DNA of 64,000 bases from Takakia lepidozioides (taxonomy: Eukaryota; Plantae; Bryophyta), in NCBI GenBank assembly GCA_030704615.1, contig CM060732.1, positions 12,276,001 through 12,340,000 of the forward strand. The letters run 5' to 3'. Below the pieces are notes generated by a model that saw nothing but the letters and a program-made list of their open reading frames with translations, was not told where the DNA came from and did no database searches. Positions 38,361 through 51,044 of the stretch are shown here, piece by piece (positions within the stretch are counted from its first letter, which is position 1; the number at the start of each line of letters is the position of its first letter). The position numbers and the translations under genes were made by a program.

Positions 38361-40816
38361 AAAGAAGGGGCGTGAATCCCCTTCTGTGCAATTCTAATTG
38401 TGCTCCTCCCCAGTTTTGAAGCGGAGCAAAAGAAAAGGAACTCTCTTTCCAGTGATCCAACCATCGTCACTCGGTTGTGGGTTTCCCTCAGTCCTTCATG
38501 ATCAGAGTTTTACACAATCCTCATCCACGCCGCAGCGGAAGAGAAGACATGGATGGGGAGTCTGTATTGTTCTCAACCTTTGGTTCTATTTTTACACGAC
38601 ATCCTTTCCCTGGGGTACAGCACCAGCCATGCTACCATGTTGTCTTCAGTGATGCAACCAGCCCTACGTCAGTGATGAACACTGCCCTTGTGGGCAACTC
38701 CCTTGGACAATAACACGTGGAAGCCCCTTTTTGTAATAAGATCACGATTTAGAAGGAGGCAACTCAGATCTGCCATGAACTACAGGCCCCCACCGGTTTG
38801 GCTCTTCAGGGTTCATGCTTTCTTTATCTTACCTCCCCAATCTTCATCCCTCATCAACCCTCTTGCTGGTCAGCTCTCTCCCTTTGTCCTTTTTTTCTCT
38901 CTCTCTCTCTTTCTTTCTTTCAGGGTCTGCAGATTCCTCACTTTTTCACAATAGCATGTCTAAGATGCAATGCAATGCGCATTCAGCCAGGCATCCAGTG
39001 TACCCAGCATTGAAATCAACCTTGGTCACACAAGACATAATCAGCCCCTTTATCAGTTCTCTCTTTGCCAATGACAGATGCTTCACACTCCCCTTTTCCC
39101 AGGTGTAGCCATTTGCCCGAGACAGTTCTCAACCCGTCTACAGGTCTCGCAATTTACACACCCTGACAGCTCTCTTTTTCCCATCAACTGTGAACCTCAG
39201 TTGTTCACATGCTGAGAGCACTCTGAGAATCAGATCCAAACCCCAACAGTGTTGGTTTTTCTGCCCCATCCACATCATCCCTTCTGCTCCTTCCAAACAG
39301 TTCTATCTAACCTTCACTGGTTTCCTCTACCTACTAAGCTAGTTCCACATTGGCTGCAATGTGTCAACATCCAAGCCACATTGTTTTCACATGCTCATGA
39401 CACTGAAACAAAGAACAAGAATACAACAAACAGCAACCATTCTGACCCAGCGATGAGTTAACCCTGTCCCCACTCATTTCTCCTATTGTGCAATGTAACA
39501 ACAGGTGCATCCATTTCCAGCCTATCCTAGTTTGAAGTCCAGTGTCCTCATTCCATTTCCAAAGCTCTTTTCTTCCTCACATATCTGTGTCTCTTTCTAC
39601 ATACAAGAGATAGTCCAAAACTTCACAAAGCGATTTTCTAAGTCACCCAAAAAGGAAACCAACACTCTTCGAACTTATCTGTCTTATACTCCAGTGAAGC
39701 GGTGGGTCTGCCTGTCAAGATGGCACCTCATCAACTCTGTCATCAGCCACATTCAACGCTTCTTCTTATCGTGATTCCAGTCCTCATTATGTCATGACGG
39801 CTCTGCTTCATCTGCTGGCAACATCCTTGTGCCTGCCAACCTCTACCCTATCCTTCTACATGTGCACTTCTTCCCTAAGAATTGATCTGGTCCTACAGCA
39901 ATAAGACAGAAAGCAGCTACAAGTCTTAATTACAGATAACCTGAAGCGCCATACACACCATCCTGCACTTCTCTCATGCCCCAACAGCTGTTGATCCGCT
40001 CCATCTCCTCATAACTGTGCTCTTCAAGACCATGGCGGCAGCGGTGGTGCACCGCTCTCATCACATGCTCAGCCTTCAGAATTGATCATTACTACGAAGA
40101 AGGCGGCACCGCTTCCTCTTGCACAGAATGCCAAGCAGGAGTATGTCAAGACATGCACCACATGCCAACAAAACCGGAGCGAGTACAAAAGCAAGCGGGG
40201 CTGTTACAACCCTTGCCGATTCCAGAGGGGACTTGGGAAAGCGTCTCGATGGATTTCATGACTGCTATGCCGCTGTCAAAAGGATTCGATGCAATCATGG
40301 TGGTGGTGGATAGGTTCAGTAAAATGGGCCATTTCATCCCCACCAAGGAGACGGCAACGGCGCAGGAGACAGGGCGACTTTACTTCGCCCACGTCTTAAA
40401 GCATCATGGAGTCCCGAATGATATTGTCTCGGATCGCAAGAGCCTTTAACGTTGCTCTTTAAAGCAAGCTGATTCCCCTTGCGCAGGTGGAACTTTCTAA
40501 GACATACTGTGCTGCCAATACCACTGCAGCAGCTCCGAAAAGTTGCCCGCACTCTTCCCCTTCGTTTTTCACAGCCCAAGCTTCTAGGTTTAAACATCAT
40601 CGATGAAAATCATTCATCCTAGGGATGAAAAAGGCGCATGTCATAACTTAGCCATATTTTGTCCTGGCAGAGCAATAGCATAGTGTTCCCATGGAATTAC
40701 CTGTAGTCATGGATAATTCCTTCCCCTCATTAGCACCAGGGCACTCCCTTCGTAGTAATGCCGAATCCTGATGCCAAACAAAAAATTGAATGTTTACCCC
40801 CTGCATTCACACTACA
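38361..40816 (-). repeat. 5' LTR of element B; lacks the terminal CACACTACA at its PBS end and contains a 298-bp insertion
   Basis: Direct repeat of 4620-6769. Confidence 0.95.
40138..40435 (+). pseudogene. Captured fragment of an unrelated chromovirus-like Gypsy integrase
   Basis: AGLLQPLPIPEGTWESVSMDFM...VVVDRFSKMGHF...IVSDR. Absent from the 3' LTR; flanked by GCA. Confidence 0.88.
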
Positions 40817-41975
40817 TGCCTCCCTCTAGGCAATCCTTCTTGACATGGGGTCCTCCACATGTCCAACACACCACCTCTGCCCGTTGTTAGCCTGCAAATG
40901 AAGGGAGAGACCCCTGCATCTGCTGTCCTCTCTATCCTTCCCTGGGCTTCATCTGGGCCCCCTTGTCGTCTTGAGCACGTTGAGGTAGTGGTTGGCTAGG
41001 AGCATCACTACCCCGTGGTGTCTCCTTAGCAAATCCCACCATGACTACTTGTTCCTCCACCATGTTGAGCTCTATTCGCTCTGCCAGCAAAAACACATTT
41101 GCTAAAGTGGGTTGGGCCGCTTGTAGGAAAGTTGCATCCCGCACCCTTCTCTTCAGCTCCTTGTCCAATATCCCATACCAAAATTGGACTACCTGAGCTT
41201 CCAACCCCTTGGGTTACATTTATCAAGCGCCTCAGGCGAGTGAAAGCCTCCCTCAAGCTCTCAGTAGGCTTCCGTTGGAACTCTTGCAAGCTCTGCAACT
41301 TCTCTGTCCTCACCCCTTGGTAGTTCCCTCTCAACTCTTCGAAGAACTCCACAACAAGGTTGAAGGCAGGCACGGGTACTGGTGCTGGTGCGGTAGTGGC
41401 TTGGGTGGACGTCGTAGCTACGGTACCACCAATCCCACTAGTCCCACTGCTGCTTGCTGAAGCTGTTGATGCAGCGGCAGGTGTAGCCACTGCCCTCGTG
41501 GCTCTAGTGCCCCTAGTGATGGAGACATAGTCGGGTGACTAGTACATCCTCCACTCCTCGATCTCAACCTCATGCCCCCGCCTGAACTCATGGTAATCAT
41601 CTATAGGCGGCCCCTCAAGGTGCTGAAACAGCCCCTTCCATCATAAAAGGCATAAATAGTTGTGGATTGCGCATTTGCTGCAAATCACCAACTATCAAAC
41701 TCTTGGATAAAATCATTCAACTCGATGGTGCCCACCGCCTCAGAGTACCTTCGTGGCCCCTTGGTAGCTCCATACATCTCCTCCATTGTGTCCCACAACA
41801 ATGGCAAGGAAACAACTTGCACTGCCGGTGTGAGTCCTCCTGATTCACAATCTGAATCAGAACCTTCCGTAGAAGACACAGGAGGTGAAGGTGGCCTAAA
41901 CCGCACACCTCGTCTCGTGTACCCACTAGTATCGCTAGTGCTCGACCCGGCACTATCCCCAGCAACTAGTGGCAC
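40817..41975 (-). pseudogene. N-terminal and central gag of element A (frameshifted)
   Basis: LNDFIQEFDSW, FQRKPTESLREAFTRLRRL, QFWYGILDKELK, CWTCGGPHVKKDC. Confidence 0.8.
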
Positions 41976-42699
41976 CTCCGTGTTGACAAACTGTCACTCA
42001 ACCGGTCATGAACATGTCCCTAACCCCCTCTCCACAAGGTAACCGGGTAGAGAACCTATTGTGGCTTATGGTTTGGAATACTAGGTTCATAACATAGCCT
42101 ACACCTGCACCTGCATCCACCGCAAGCACTCCTATGGTTGGCTGGTCATCACCTCCAACCTCACCACAGGAGAAACAATGATGGTTTGACTGGTCAACAC
42201 CCTAGCCTCACCATTGACAGCATGCTCTAGGACTGGCCGGTGATCAAATCTGGACCAATCACCTATAAAAACAAGCGCCCACACAAAACTAACATGGCCC
42301 ACAGTCAAGCATGCAAGTATGGAGGGGATCCAAACACAAGAAATCAGTATGACAACTCCCCCAAACCAAAAACAATTCCACGGTGTTGCTCCTGCAAGGA
42401 CACCCCAGCCCAAACCCGGACTGACTTTTGCCTCCACCTACGGAAAGGTCTTGGCCTAATGAGAGGGTGGAAAAATACGAGGAAGAGAAGCTAAAGCAAT
42501 GCCTAACCCCAGCATGCCCTCATCCCAACACTCTTTTTCTCATCTCTTCCCTCATTTGCATGACCATGGGAATATCATGAAGATACTCCTCAAACCGCCC
42601 TCCACGAGCTTCAAAATTCGGCCTTCAAGACCACATGCCAGTCCTTAGGCAGTCCACCAGTGCCTCCACGAGTCAGCACAGGCCGTCCACAGGTCAACA

Positions 42700-43180
42700 C
42701 GGGCTACCACAGACCAGCACAGGCCCACACAAATCACTGGTCATAGCCGTCACAGCCCCACACAGGCCACAGCCTGTCACAGCCCCCAAGGCCACATGTC
42801 AAGGCCACATGCATAGCCTGTCACAGCCCTACAAAGGTCACAGGGGTCACAGCCCCAAAGGCCATAGCCTGTCACAACCCCTCACAGCCCCACAGGCCAC
42901 AGATCATAGCCTGTCACAGCCCGACACAGCCCCAAAGGCCACAGCCTGTCACAGCCCATCACAGCCCCACAGGCCGCAGGGCATAGCCTGTCACAGCCCC
43001 TCACAGCCTGTCACAACTTGTCACAGCCCTACACAGGTCACAGGGATCACAGCCCCAACGGCCACAGCCTGTCACAGCCCGCCACAGCCCCACAGGCCAC
43101 CTATCACAGCCCATCACAACCCTACACAGGTCAAGGATGACGGCCCTATATGCCACAGCCCGTCACAGGCCCATCCATGG
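42700..43180. repeat. Degenerate GTCACAGCCC/CACAGGCC microrepeat array in the 5' UTR of A
   Basis: Read directly from the sequence. Confidence 0.85.
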
Positions 43181-44664
43181 CCACTCATGGCAGTTTAGCC
43201 ATTTCTCCAAGGGGTTTAGCAGGGGCAAGCTAGGGTTTGTGTCTCTTGGACTCTTGGCTTCTTTGCACCGAGCTATGGCGGCTGTGAAGAAATCAGCAAG
43301 GTATTCTTGCTCTTTCGGCTCCCACATACCACCAATAGTAGCCCTAAGCCATGAGGAAGATGGTTGCCACAAACCAAGCCTTCTTTCTCACTTAGACTCC
43401 CCAAACACGCCACTAAACTCAATGGCAAACAACCAAGCCTTGCTGGTTTCCAGCCCTTGTGAGCACTCATTCAAACGTTTTCCTTGGCCATAGCATTTGT
43501 CTTAGAGCCTATTCCAACCCCCTACACCTGCCACTTCAAGAGCCATGCTCTATCTAGGCTTGAGGTTGAAACCCCACCTCACATATGCCCTACAAGTGCT
43601 TTTCTTTCACCCAAGTGGGAACCAGCCCTAGCCTTTCCATTCTAGCTCTCTAAAGCTTGAAAACAAAAGCCCAATGGACTGAAGGCATGCTCACACATGC
43701 CCCACTCTCACCACAAGAGAATCAGCCCCTTTGCTTCCTTTCTTGCACCCACCAACCCGAAAATACAAGCTTCAGCGGGCTGGAAGCATGCTCCACACAT
43801 GCCCTATAGGGAAACCAGCCCCTTCCTTTCTTTCTTGCACTCCCAAACCTGAAAGTACAAGCCTTCAACAGGCTGAAAGCATGCTCCACACATGCATTGC
43901 CCTCACATAAGGGAAGTCAGCCCTTCCCTCTTCCTTGCTTGCCCTCCAAGCTTGAAGATGGAAGCTTCAATGAGCTGAATACATATCAGCCCCCTATCTT
44001 GGCTCCTTGGCTCCTTAATGCTCTCTAAGACAAGACTAAGCACTCCACAGCCTTTGCCAAGCTCCTGAAACCCTAAGGCTTACATTTCCAGCCACGAGAC
44101 ACTCCTCTTGTTGTACAAGAGCTCTTCTTCCAAGCTCTGAAACCCTAGGTGCACATTCCATTGTCTTGCCGCACCTCTTAGCTCCTGTTCCAGCCCTGCT
44201 CTTGCCATGACAAGAGCCCTCTCAATGCTAAAGCTCGAGATTGAAACCCAATCTCAACATACTCCACAAAGTGCACTGATTTGCCCCAAGCCAAATCAGC
44301 CCTTTCGCTTGGTCTTGCAATCCTTCACACAATGAAAGCTCACATTCCCAAGGCTAGTTCTCAGCTTTGCCACCAAAGCCACTATAACCTGCTCTTGACT
44401 GGTCCTCTTCCCAATCGTGCTTGCTCATGCATGTACACAATCTGAAACCATCAAGGTGCTCTGGAATTACCTGCAGCATGGTGCTTTCATCTTTAAAGCT
44501 GAAGATCGAATGCCAAGGTCTACCACCTCGTAAACCCACATCGCCTCCGCTTCTAACAACCAAGAGCTCCACGGTGCTCCTTGCATAACAACTTGGTTTC
44601 TCTCATTCTCAAGCAAAAACCACAAGTGCTATAACTAACTCGTATCTGGCACTCACAGATACGA

Positions 44665-44681
44665 GCTCATCTTTCTCGAGT
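44665..44681 (-). other. Candidate self-priming PBS of element A
   Basis: Perfect 17-bp inverted repeat with 44835-44851 inside the LTR; no tRNA-type PBS recognised. Confidence 0.55.
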
Positions 44682-44997
44682 GATAAAGAAGAAGAATACA
44701 AGCACGAGTTCACAAAGCTGAAGCATAAACTCATGCATATATAACCTCATCACTCAAATACAAGTCAAGCCAAGTGCACCCCACGCCATGGGGAATCCAC
44801 ACTACGGCGCCATAGCTAGGCGCGGTGAGGCTCAACTCGAGAAAGATGAGCCTCCCGCGCTTGCCGTGAAGATAACCACTCCAGGGCCTAAATCTGCCTT
44901 GACCCCTGGATTGACACTTGGGCCAATCCCAAATGTCAATATGTAAAAGCTAGCTATTTCCTAGCTAGTTTCACACTAGTGGTAAAATAACTTGACA
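44682..44997 (-). repeat. 5' LTR of element A (inner boundary approximate)
   Basis: Starts TGTCAAGTT on the minus strand. Homologous to F's LTR (GGCTCAACTCGAGA.AGATGAGCC, TAGTTTCACACT...AACTTGACA). Confidence 0.75.
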
Positions 44998-45369
44998 TCT
45001 TTGTCCGAGTTACATTCAGCTATGCATATGTGTACGTTGGGGGCCGAGATCGGTTTATGAATATATTTGTTGTCTATATGCTGAGTAGGGGTGGCATGTT
45101 GTTGGTGAATATGTGTTAAATAGTCAATGTTAGCATGGCAAATCCTTGAGGAAGGGGATCAGGATCTGTAGATGTGGGGATATTAGCGGTGTTTGATGTG
45201 CAGAGTTTTTGGTAAATGGAGGTGGTTGGGGTGGACCTATATTGAGGGAGCAAATCTTGGGCCGTGTGTGGATAGTAGGGGCAGGGAAGATCACAATCAA
45301 GGGTGCATGCTTGGGATGGGTGACAGAAGAGTGTGCGGAGGTGCTGTAAGTACCGGTTAGTTTTGGTTG

Positions 45370-45807
45370 TGTCGTGCGCATACGTATCGCTACACAACTA
45401 CATCGCTGTCCAAACCACACCACACATATATGCACAATAAAGTAGTCTGCCACAATGATTGGAAACTAGATTCACACTGTTGACACAGAAACACTCAATA
45501 CAACACAATCACTCATTAAAACTAAGAGTCGAGCCAGGGGCACCCCAAGCTATGGGGACTCCACCCCACAACATCATATTCTCCCTTCATAAGCACACTC
45601 AGATTCTAAGCAGTGAAGGAGCTCGGTCGTGCAGGCTCAACTCGAGAGAGATGAGCCACACGACTGACGAGCTCGTGAAGATAAGATGGTTCAGGTGTCA
45701 AGCTAAACTTGACACCTGACTTAACACTTGAACTAATTCCAAGTGTTAAATACAAATAACTAGATTTATTCTAGTTAGTTTCACACTGTGTTTAGTTTAA
45801 CTTGACA
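45370..45807 (-). repeat. 3' LTR of element F; its terminal 87 bp (45370-45456) are duplicated at 45810-45896 between PPT and LTR
   Basis: TGTCAAG...GCACGACA ends. The duplicate has 2 mismatches. G-run PPT at ~45897-45906. Confidence 0.85.
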
Positions 45808-46419
45808 GCTGTCGTGCGCATACGTATCGCTACACAACTACGTCGTTGTCCAAACCACACCACACATATATGCACAATAAAGTAGTCTGCCACAATCGCC
45901 CCCCTAGCTGGTGGTTGGGTCCCTCTAACTCCAGATAGCTACAAGATGTAATAACCACAGCCGTACTAAGTCCTCTATCACTGTCCATATTGTACTCAAA
46001 CTCTATAGACCAAGAGGCCGGGTACAAGAGCAACCCCATCGTTAGTCGCCGTCTTGCAATCTGTGAACTTGAGTCAGGATCATGCGTGTTGGTCTCCTAG
46101 TAGCTTGGCCTTGCATTTCTTGTTAGCCTTCCATGGTTGCAACGACGCTACCGCGTGAGCCTGGCGCATGAGCGTGTGAGCGTACGCTCACACAATGATG
46201 ACGTGGCGTGAGCCTACGCTCACGCTGCTGACATGGCGCTAATGCTGACGTGGCGTGAGCCTGGTCCAGGTCATGCCACGTCACCACAAAGAAGGTGGGC
46301 CTATAACCGTGGAGCCCCCAACTGCTGATTTCACCACATGAAGGTGAAACGGATGAAGGGTTTTGGGCTTCTGGAGTTCAACCTTCTGTTAACAGGAGCT
46401 TCATTTCGTAGAACTGAAA

Positions 46420-46612
46420 TGAACCTCGTGTCGACACAAGGGGGATTTGGAGAACTTCAACAAAACCTCGTGTTAACACAAGGTTGTTTTCCTGGAACAA
46501 AAATGAACTTCGTGTTGACACGATGTTGTTTTCTGAGAACTAAAATCATCCTTGTGTCAACACAAGGAGGATTTGGAGAACTTCAAGTAAACCTCGTGTT
46601 GAGACGAGGTTG
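46420..46612. repeat. Subterminal ~42-bp repeats of E with palindrome AACCT(C/T)GTGTYRACAC(A/G)AGGTT
   Basis: Five copies read directly. Confidence 0.85.
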
Positions 46613-46793
46613 ATTTGATCATCTGTCTATCTGAAGGTAGTTTCTTGTGTTTGCTAATGAAAAGAGAATGACAAACCAATGCAACAAATGCATTGACCCA
46701 CGCATTGCAAATATGTTAGACGTCATACATTGAGAGCCACAGGACTTGAACAGTCATTCCATTACAAGTTGTAGTCAAGGAAAACACCGATTT

Positions 46794-49700
46794 TTATGGG
46801 CTTGTATCCCGCTGTAGAAGTGTGTTGACTTCGTTGAAACTCATAGTGGCTTGGTGAATGAAGAAGTCGCGCTTTGGATCACAAACCATTCTTCTCAAGA
46901 AGACGAAGTAAAGGTGTTTGCACGGTATGAACTTCCCTCTCTTTCCCAAACTACTTGAAAGCATACCAACAAAATCTGGACATGTACAATTGGGAAAATT
47001 GGAAACAGTGATTTCGTACGTCCTGTCCTGCAGCGCAGATGCGGATGAGATCATGGTGAAGACCCGACCATACCCTGGATCAGGCACTTCCATTGTTCCC
47101 GCAACACGAGCGTGAAGCATTCTGGCGGACTCAATTTTGCCGTAGTGTTCTGCGGTTGGAGGGAATCGTCGAACAAGCTTCCCGTTCCGTCTGGTTGGCC
47201 ACAAGTGAGCGTCAGGCGGAGGTACCCATGAACCGCTTCCACTTGAAGCACCTTCACGTGCAATGGAATGTCTGGCTAGGGAGAAACCCGCCTCTTCCAG
47301 CATTGCAATCTCTCGATGAGTGAGACCTGTGCCCATCTTCACAGGCCACACGGTTGGTGGAGTAGGCTTCCTTACCACGAAAGGCCTCACTGTCCCATGC
47401 ACACATCTCCCACAATCGTCAGCGCAGAACCAGAACTTGTGGTTCTTTGCCTCGCCTTGTCCGTAAGGGAGAAACAAACCCGTGAATGTAGGAGCTGCAG
47501 TGCGTTCTTTCCCTCTGGATATTAATGATGTACATTTTTCATGATTGGTGGCCCTGATCGCCGCGCATTTCACACGCGATCCAGCACTTGTGCGTTCTAT
47601 ATGCCAAACATCGTCCAAGCCCTCAGACTCAATTATATGCGACACCACGTTCTGGTCTTCAACCATTGCAGTGACAGTGCTTGATGCAGGGGTCCGGTCT
47701 GGGGCAGAGTAGCCCTCACCTGTGGATGTTCAGCAATTCCATCTCTGATCCAAGGGAACACGTGGCGTCGAGAAGTTGACCCTGTCCGCCCTATGGGAAT
47801 CTGCATCCGATCCCAGAGGGGTGTCCAATTTCCGTTTGCAAGACCCGAATCTCTCTTCGCCTTCCAGATGGGGAACTCTTCCCACGAGAGGGGTGCCATC
47901 TGCACATATGCTCACTGCCCGCGCTATTTTGCTAGGATCCCCTGATCTTCCAGCTGCCCGCAACATCAACTCGCTCCTGTCCGGACCTTTGCCACCAAGG
48001 CCACCCCTCAAGAATGACCTGTATCTGGTTTGCTGCTGTAGAGCACGAATAAGGTCATCGGCCGTCGCTGCATACAAATCTCTCCCTTTTTTGCCGGATT
48101 GCTGCAACCAGGCATTGTGCACTGTCTCCGCAAGATTGCAAGAAGGCATGTCCGCCATCTCCTCAATGGATATATGCTGCAAGGCAAAAAAACACAAAGC
48201 CCATATTAGAGTTGGACCCTGAAAGATATATTGGAAGCACCCAAACAAACTTTTGAATGCAAACCACTCACCGTTGTCATGGCCGCTCCCCACTGTCGGT
48301 AACGGAAGTGCCAAAATGCGAACCAGTCTTGCAGTGCCCTCATGCTGTCCTCCGATGCCGCTCCAGATGAGTACCACCAGGCACGAATTGTCTGGAACAA
48401 TGTATTCGCTTCCCCCATAGTTTTGGCGTCTTTGTACTGTTTGCACAGTTGACGATGCATACTCTGCATATCTGGCTTGATGTACGTCTTTGTGTGTTTG
48501 TCGAGGGATTGTGTCCAATGGAAAAGACACGTACGTTCTCTTCCAGGCATTGGCACTTTTGGATCTCCCGACCCGAACACAATGCGGACAACGTTGAAGT
48601 TAGCTTGAGCACTATCGGCCATGAAACCAACGAAATTGGGAGATGGGAGACCATTGGAGGCCATAACACGAATGAGAGCTTCCCACATGAGCTGCTGTGA
48701 ATCTGTGTCCTCTGACTGCATGTCACACACTGCAATTGTCATGACCCGCTGGTACACAGGGTCGTAAACATGACATGCCATTGTGGTCCAGTCTTTAACT
48801 CTCTTGACATGATCGAACATAAGGAAGCAGTTGCCAAGATCGCCACCCTTCTGCATACGTTTAACCAGGCTGACCCCGCTGCCCTCACCTTTTGTGGACA
48901 TTTTGAACAAGAACACTTTCCTGGCTCCTTGTCCCGGGAAAACGCTGTCTTGGATGTAGTCGTACATGCTCCTTTTCTTCAAATCCATAATATTGTCCAT
49001 ATAACCTCGGCTCCCAGAGCCCATTCTTAAAGCGTTCACCTGATTCCTAATGTTTGGAGAAGTCAAAGCAGAGAAATGGTCCATAACAGTGTCCAAAGCT
49101 GGTCCTTCCAGCATTCCTCCAACCGAATTTGATGCACACATAATACGGCTTTCCAGAAAGGACTTGCTCGCCCCCATGGCAATTGCAGATGTGGTGCCAG
49201 TTGGATTGGTATCCAACTCTTGCCTTATCAGACGAGAGACTGTGTCAACGCTCTCCCCATAATCCCCCTTGGACACAGGGTGGTTGTGAAAACCGAAATG
49301 GACACAGGCTCTAGTCAGGTTTTTGAATCGATGCACCACATAATACATTCTGGCGCCACACAAAGCAAGGCAGCAAGGTGGTACCCTACAGAACTTGCAC
49401 ACAAAAGTGTTACTGTATGGTGGTGTTACCCCAGGCTTGAATGGATTCTCACTGACTCCATCCCATTCGCTTTGGTTTTGCACACCTGACAATGCGAAGT
49501 GTCTGCATTTCATGTTCTCGCATTTCAGGTGCCCATTACAGACTGTTCGCCTGAATATGAGGTTGTCGTTGTTGTGAATATTGGATGTTTTTGTGCGGCA
49601 CCAAGGGTGCCCATAGTGCTTTTTGTCCATTCCTTCCAGGAGACTGGAAATCCCCCCCACGCGACCAGGAGGAGGCAGCTCAAAAACAGTATTACCATCA

Positions 49701-50299
49701 AACGATTCCGGCAAGAATGCCACCCTTTCAATATTGAAAGTGCTCCAGTCTATCCCCCTCAACTCACTCTTGAATCCTGCCATCCCACCCATCGCTTTCA
49801 ATTTAGGAATGACACTGGAGATCTCCTCCACATCTGGTTCTACATGTGGACATGGCTGATCCACAGGCGGAATTGCACATGTGTCATCGGAGGATGAGTC
49901 CGAAAGGTCAACTACAGTGTTAACGGCAGTCGCCTCCTTCTTCACAACCACTGGTGTCTTCTCCTGGGCCACTGATGCTGCCGTGCCAGGAGTTACGAAC
50001 GATCCTGCAGACTGTCTCAGAGGAGCACTGAGCACCCTGTATCTGCCTGGAGGCACTCTCCATTGCGTGGTTGGTGCAGTTTGCGATGGTTTCTGGAACG
50101 CGTACTTGAGCAGTTTTCCATTGGCATCGTACACTTCCCTCTGAAGGAATAGACTACCATTTTCCAACCGAAACTGCGTTGCGAGGACGAGTTCATGAAC
50201 CACCGCAAAACCATCATCTTCCACCTCGTAAGAAAATGGAACAGGGTGGTCGTCACTGAAGAAGTCCGCGTCAAGGGAGCCCACAGCCTGGGAAGCCAT
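46794..50299 (-). CDS. MULE-type transposase of element E; intron 48177-48271; one frameshift near 47700
   Basis: ORFs 48206..50299, 47730..48530 and 46794..47666, with the same GCM-like, DDE, CLFH and SWIM motifs as D. Confidence 0.88.
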
Positions 50300-51044
50300 A
50301 TGTTGATGTTGCTACAGAAAGTACAGTTCAAAGTCCGATGGTGCTTCTGAATGCAGGTTGTGTGAGAGTGGAGTTTTGGCGTCCTCATACACAATTGTTC
50401 TCTCAGAATTGCCCCACCAGTGCAATAGCTGACAGATTCACTGACAGAGCCGCCAATGTCGTTGTCATGTCAGGGAGGCCAGAAGAGATGCCCATTTCCA
50501 TTAAATTTTGACGGCGACTGCACCGCTGCACAACTGAATATAATTCTCATTCCTCTGGAACATTCCACCCTAAATAACCCAACAATGAATTTTTTCAGAT
50601 GAGAGTCGATTACACCCTAACGATTTTTGGATGGATGATGTTTGAATGATATCTGCCGTTATACATAGGGTTAGACCCCAACGAATTTTGTAAGGATGAT
50701 GATTCATTGATCTCCGCCGTTAAACATAGGGGTAGAGATACCCCGATTACATTTTTGGAAGGCTGATGTTTCAATAATTCCGGCCGTTTTACATAACGAC
50801 TACATAGACATGTGTTCGCCATGCATGTGGATTGAGTCGGTGGCGCACTGAACGGTCCGAGCGAACATCTTGGCGTTGAAGGCCCCGCGATGAACCTCAG
50901 ATAGTGTTCGTTTTTCCTGAGTAACTCATTTTCTTTGCAACCCTGGATTCCGCAGAGACGGTGTCCCTACTTCGAGGGAGAAGCAGGCGTCGAAGAACAT
51001 TATATTTCACGTCAAACAAGGAAAGGGCACGCGCTAAGGAGAGG

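Larger units (their letters stand above)
4610..40816 (-). mobile_element. Element B: full-length Ty3/Gypsy LTR retrotransposon containing nested elements C and D
   Basis: Two ~2.2-kb direct repeats, termini TGTAGTGTGAA...TTCACACTACA, 4-bp TSD TGCC (4606-4609 / 40817-40820), tRNA-iMet PBS, PPT, gag-PR-RT-RH-IN order. Confidence 0.95.
1..44997 (-). mobile_element. Element A: Ty3/Gypsy LTR retrotransposon carrying a C5 DNA methyltransferase; 3' end lies left of the window; interrupted by element B at 4610-40816
   Basis: Minus-strand order is LTR, gag (two Zn knuckles), protease, DNMT, RT, integrase. Removing B and one TGCC copy restores a single gag frame CWTCGGPHVKKDC-LEGGKGPTYA*LAQLQ-CGHCGKHGHGEAQC. 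Confidence 0.9.

Noticed and set aside
42635-43198. 187-aa H/S/P/Q/T-rich ORF
   Set aside because: By-product of the CACAGCC microrepeat in A's UTR.
44998-45369. Possible coding fragment between the LTRs of A and F
   Set aside because: No recognisable motif; left unassigned.
44682-45807. The LTRs of A and F as a pair from one small element (TRIM)
   Set aside because: They are only moderately similar, and each is attached to its own internal region on opposite sides.
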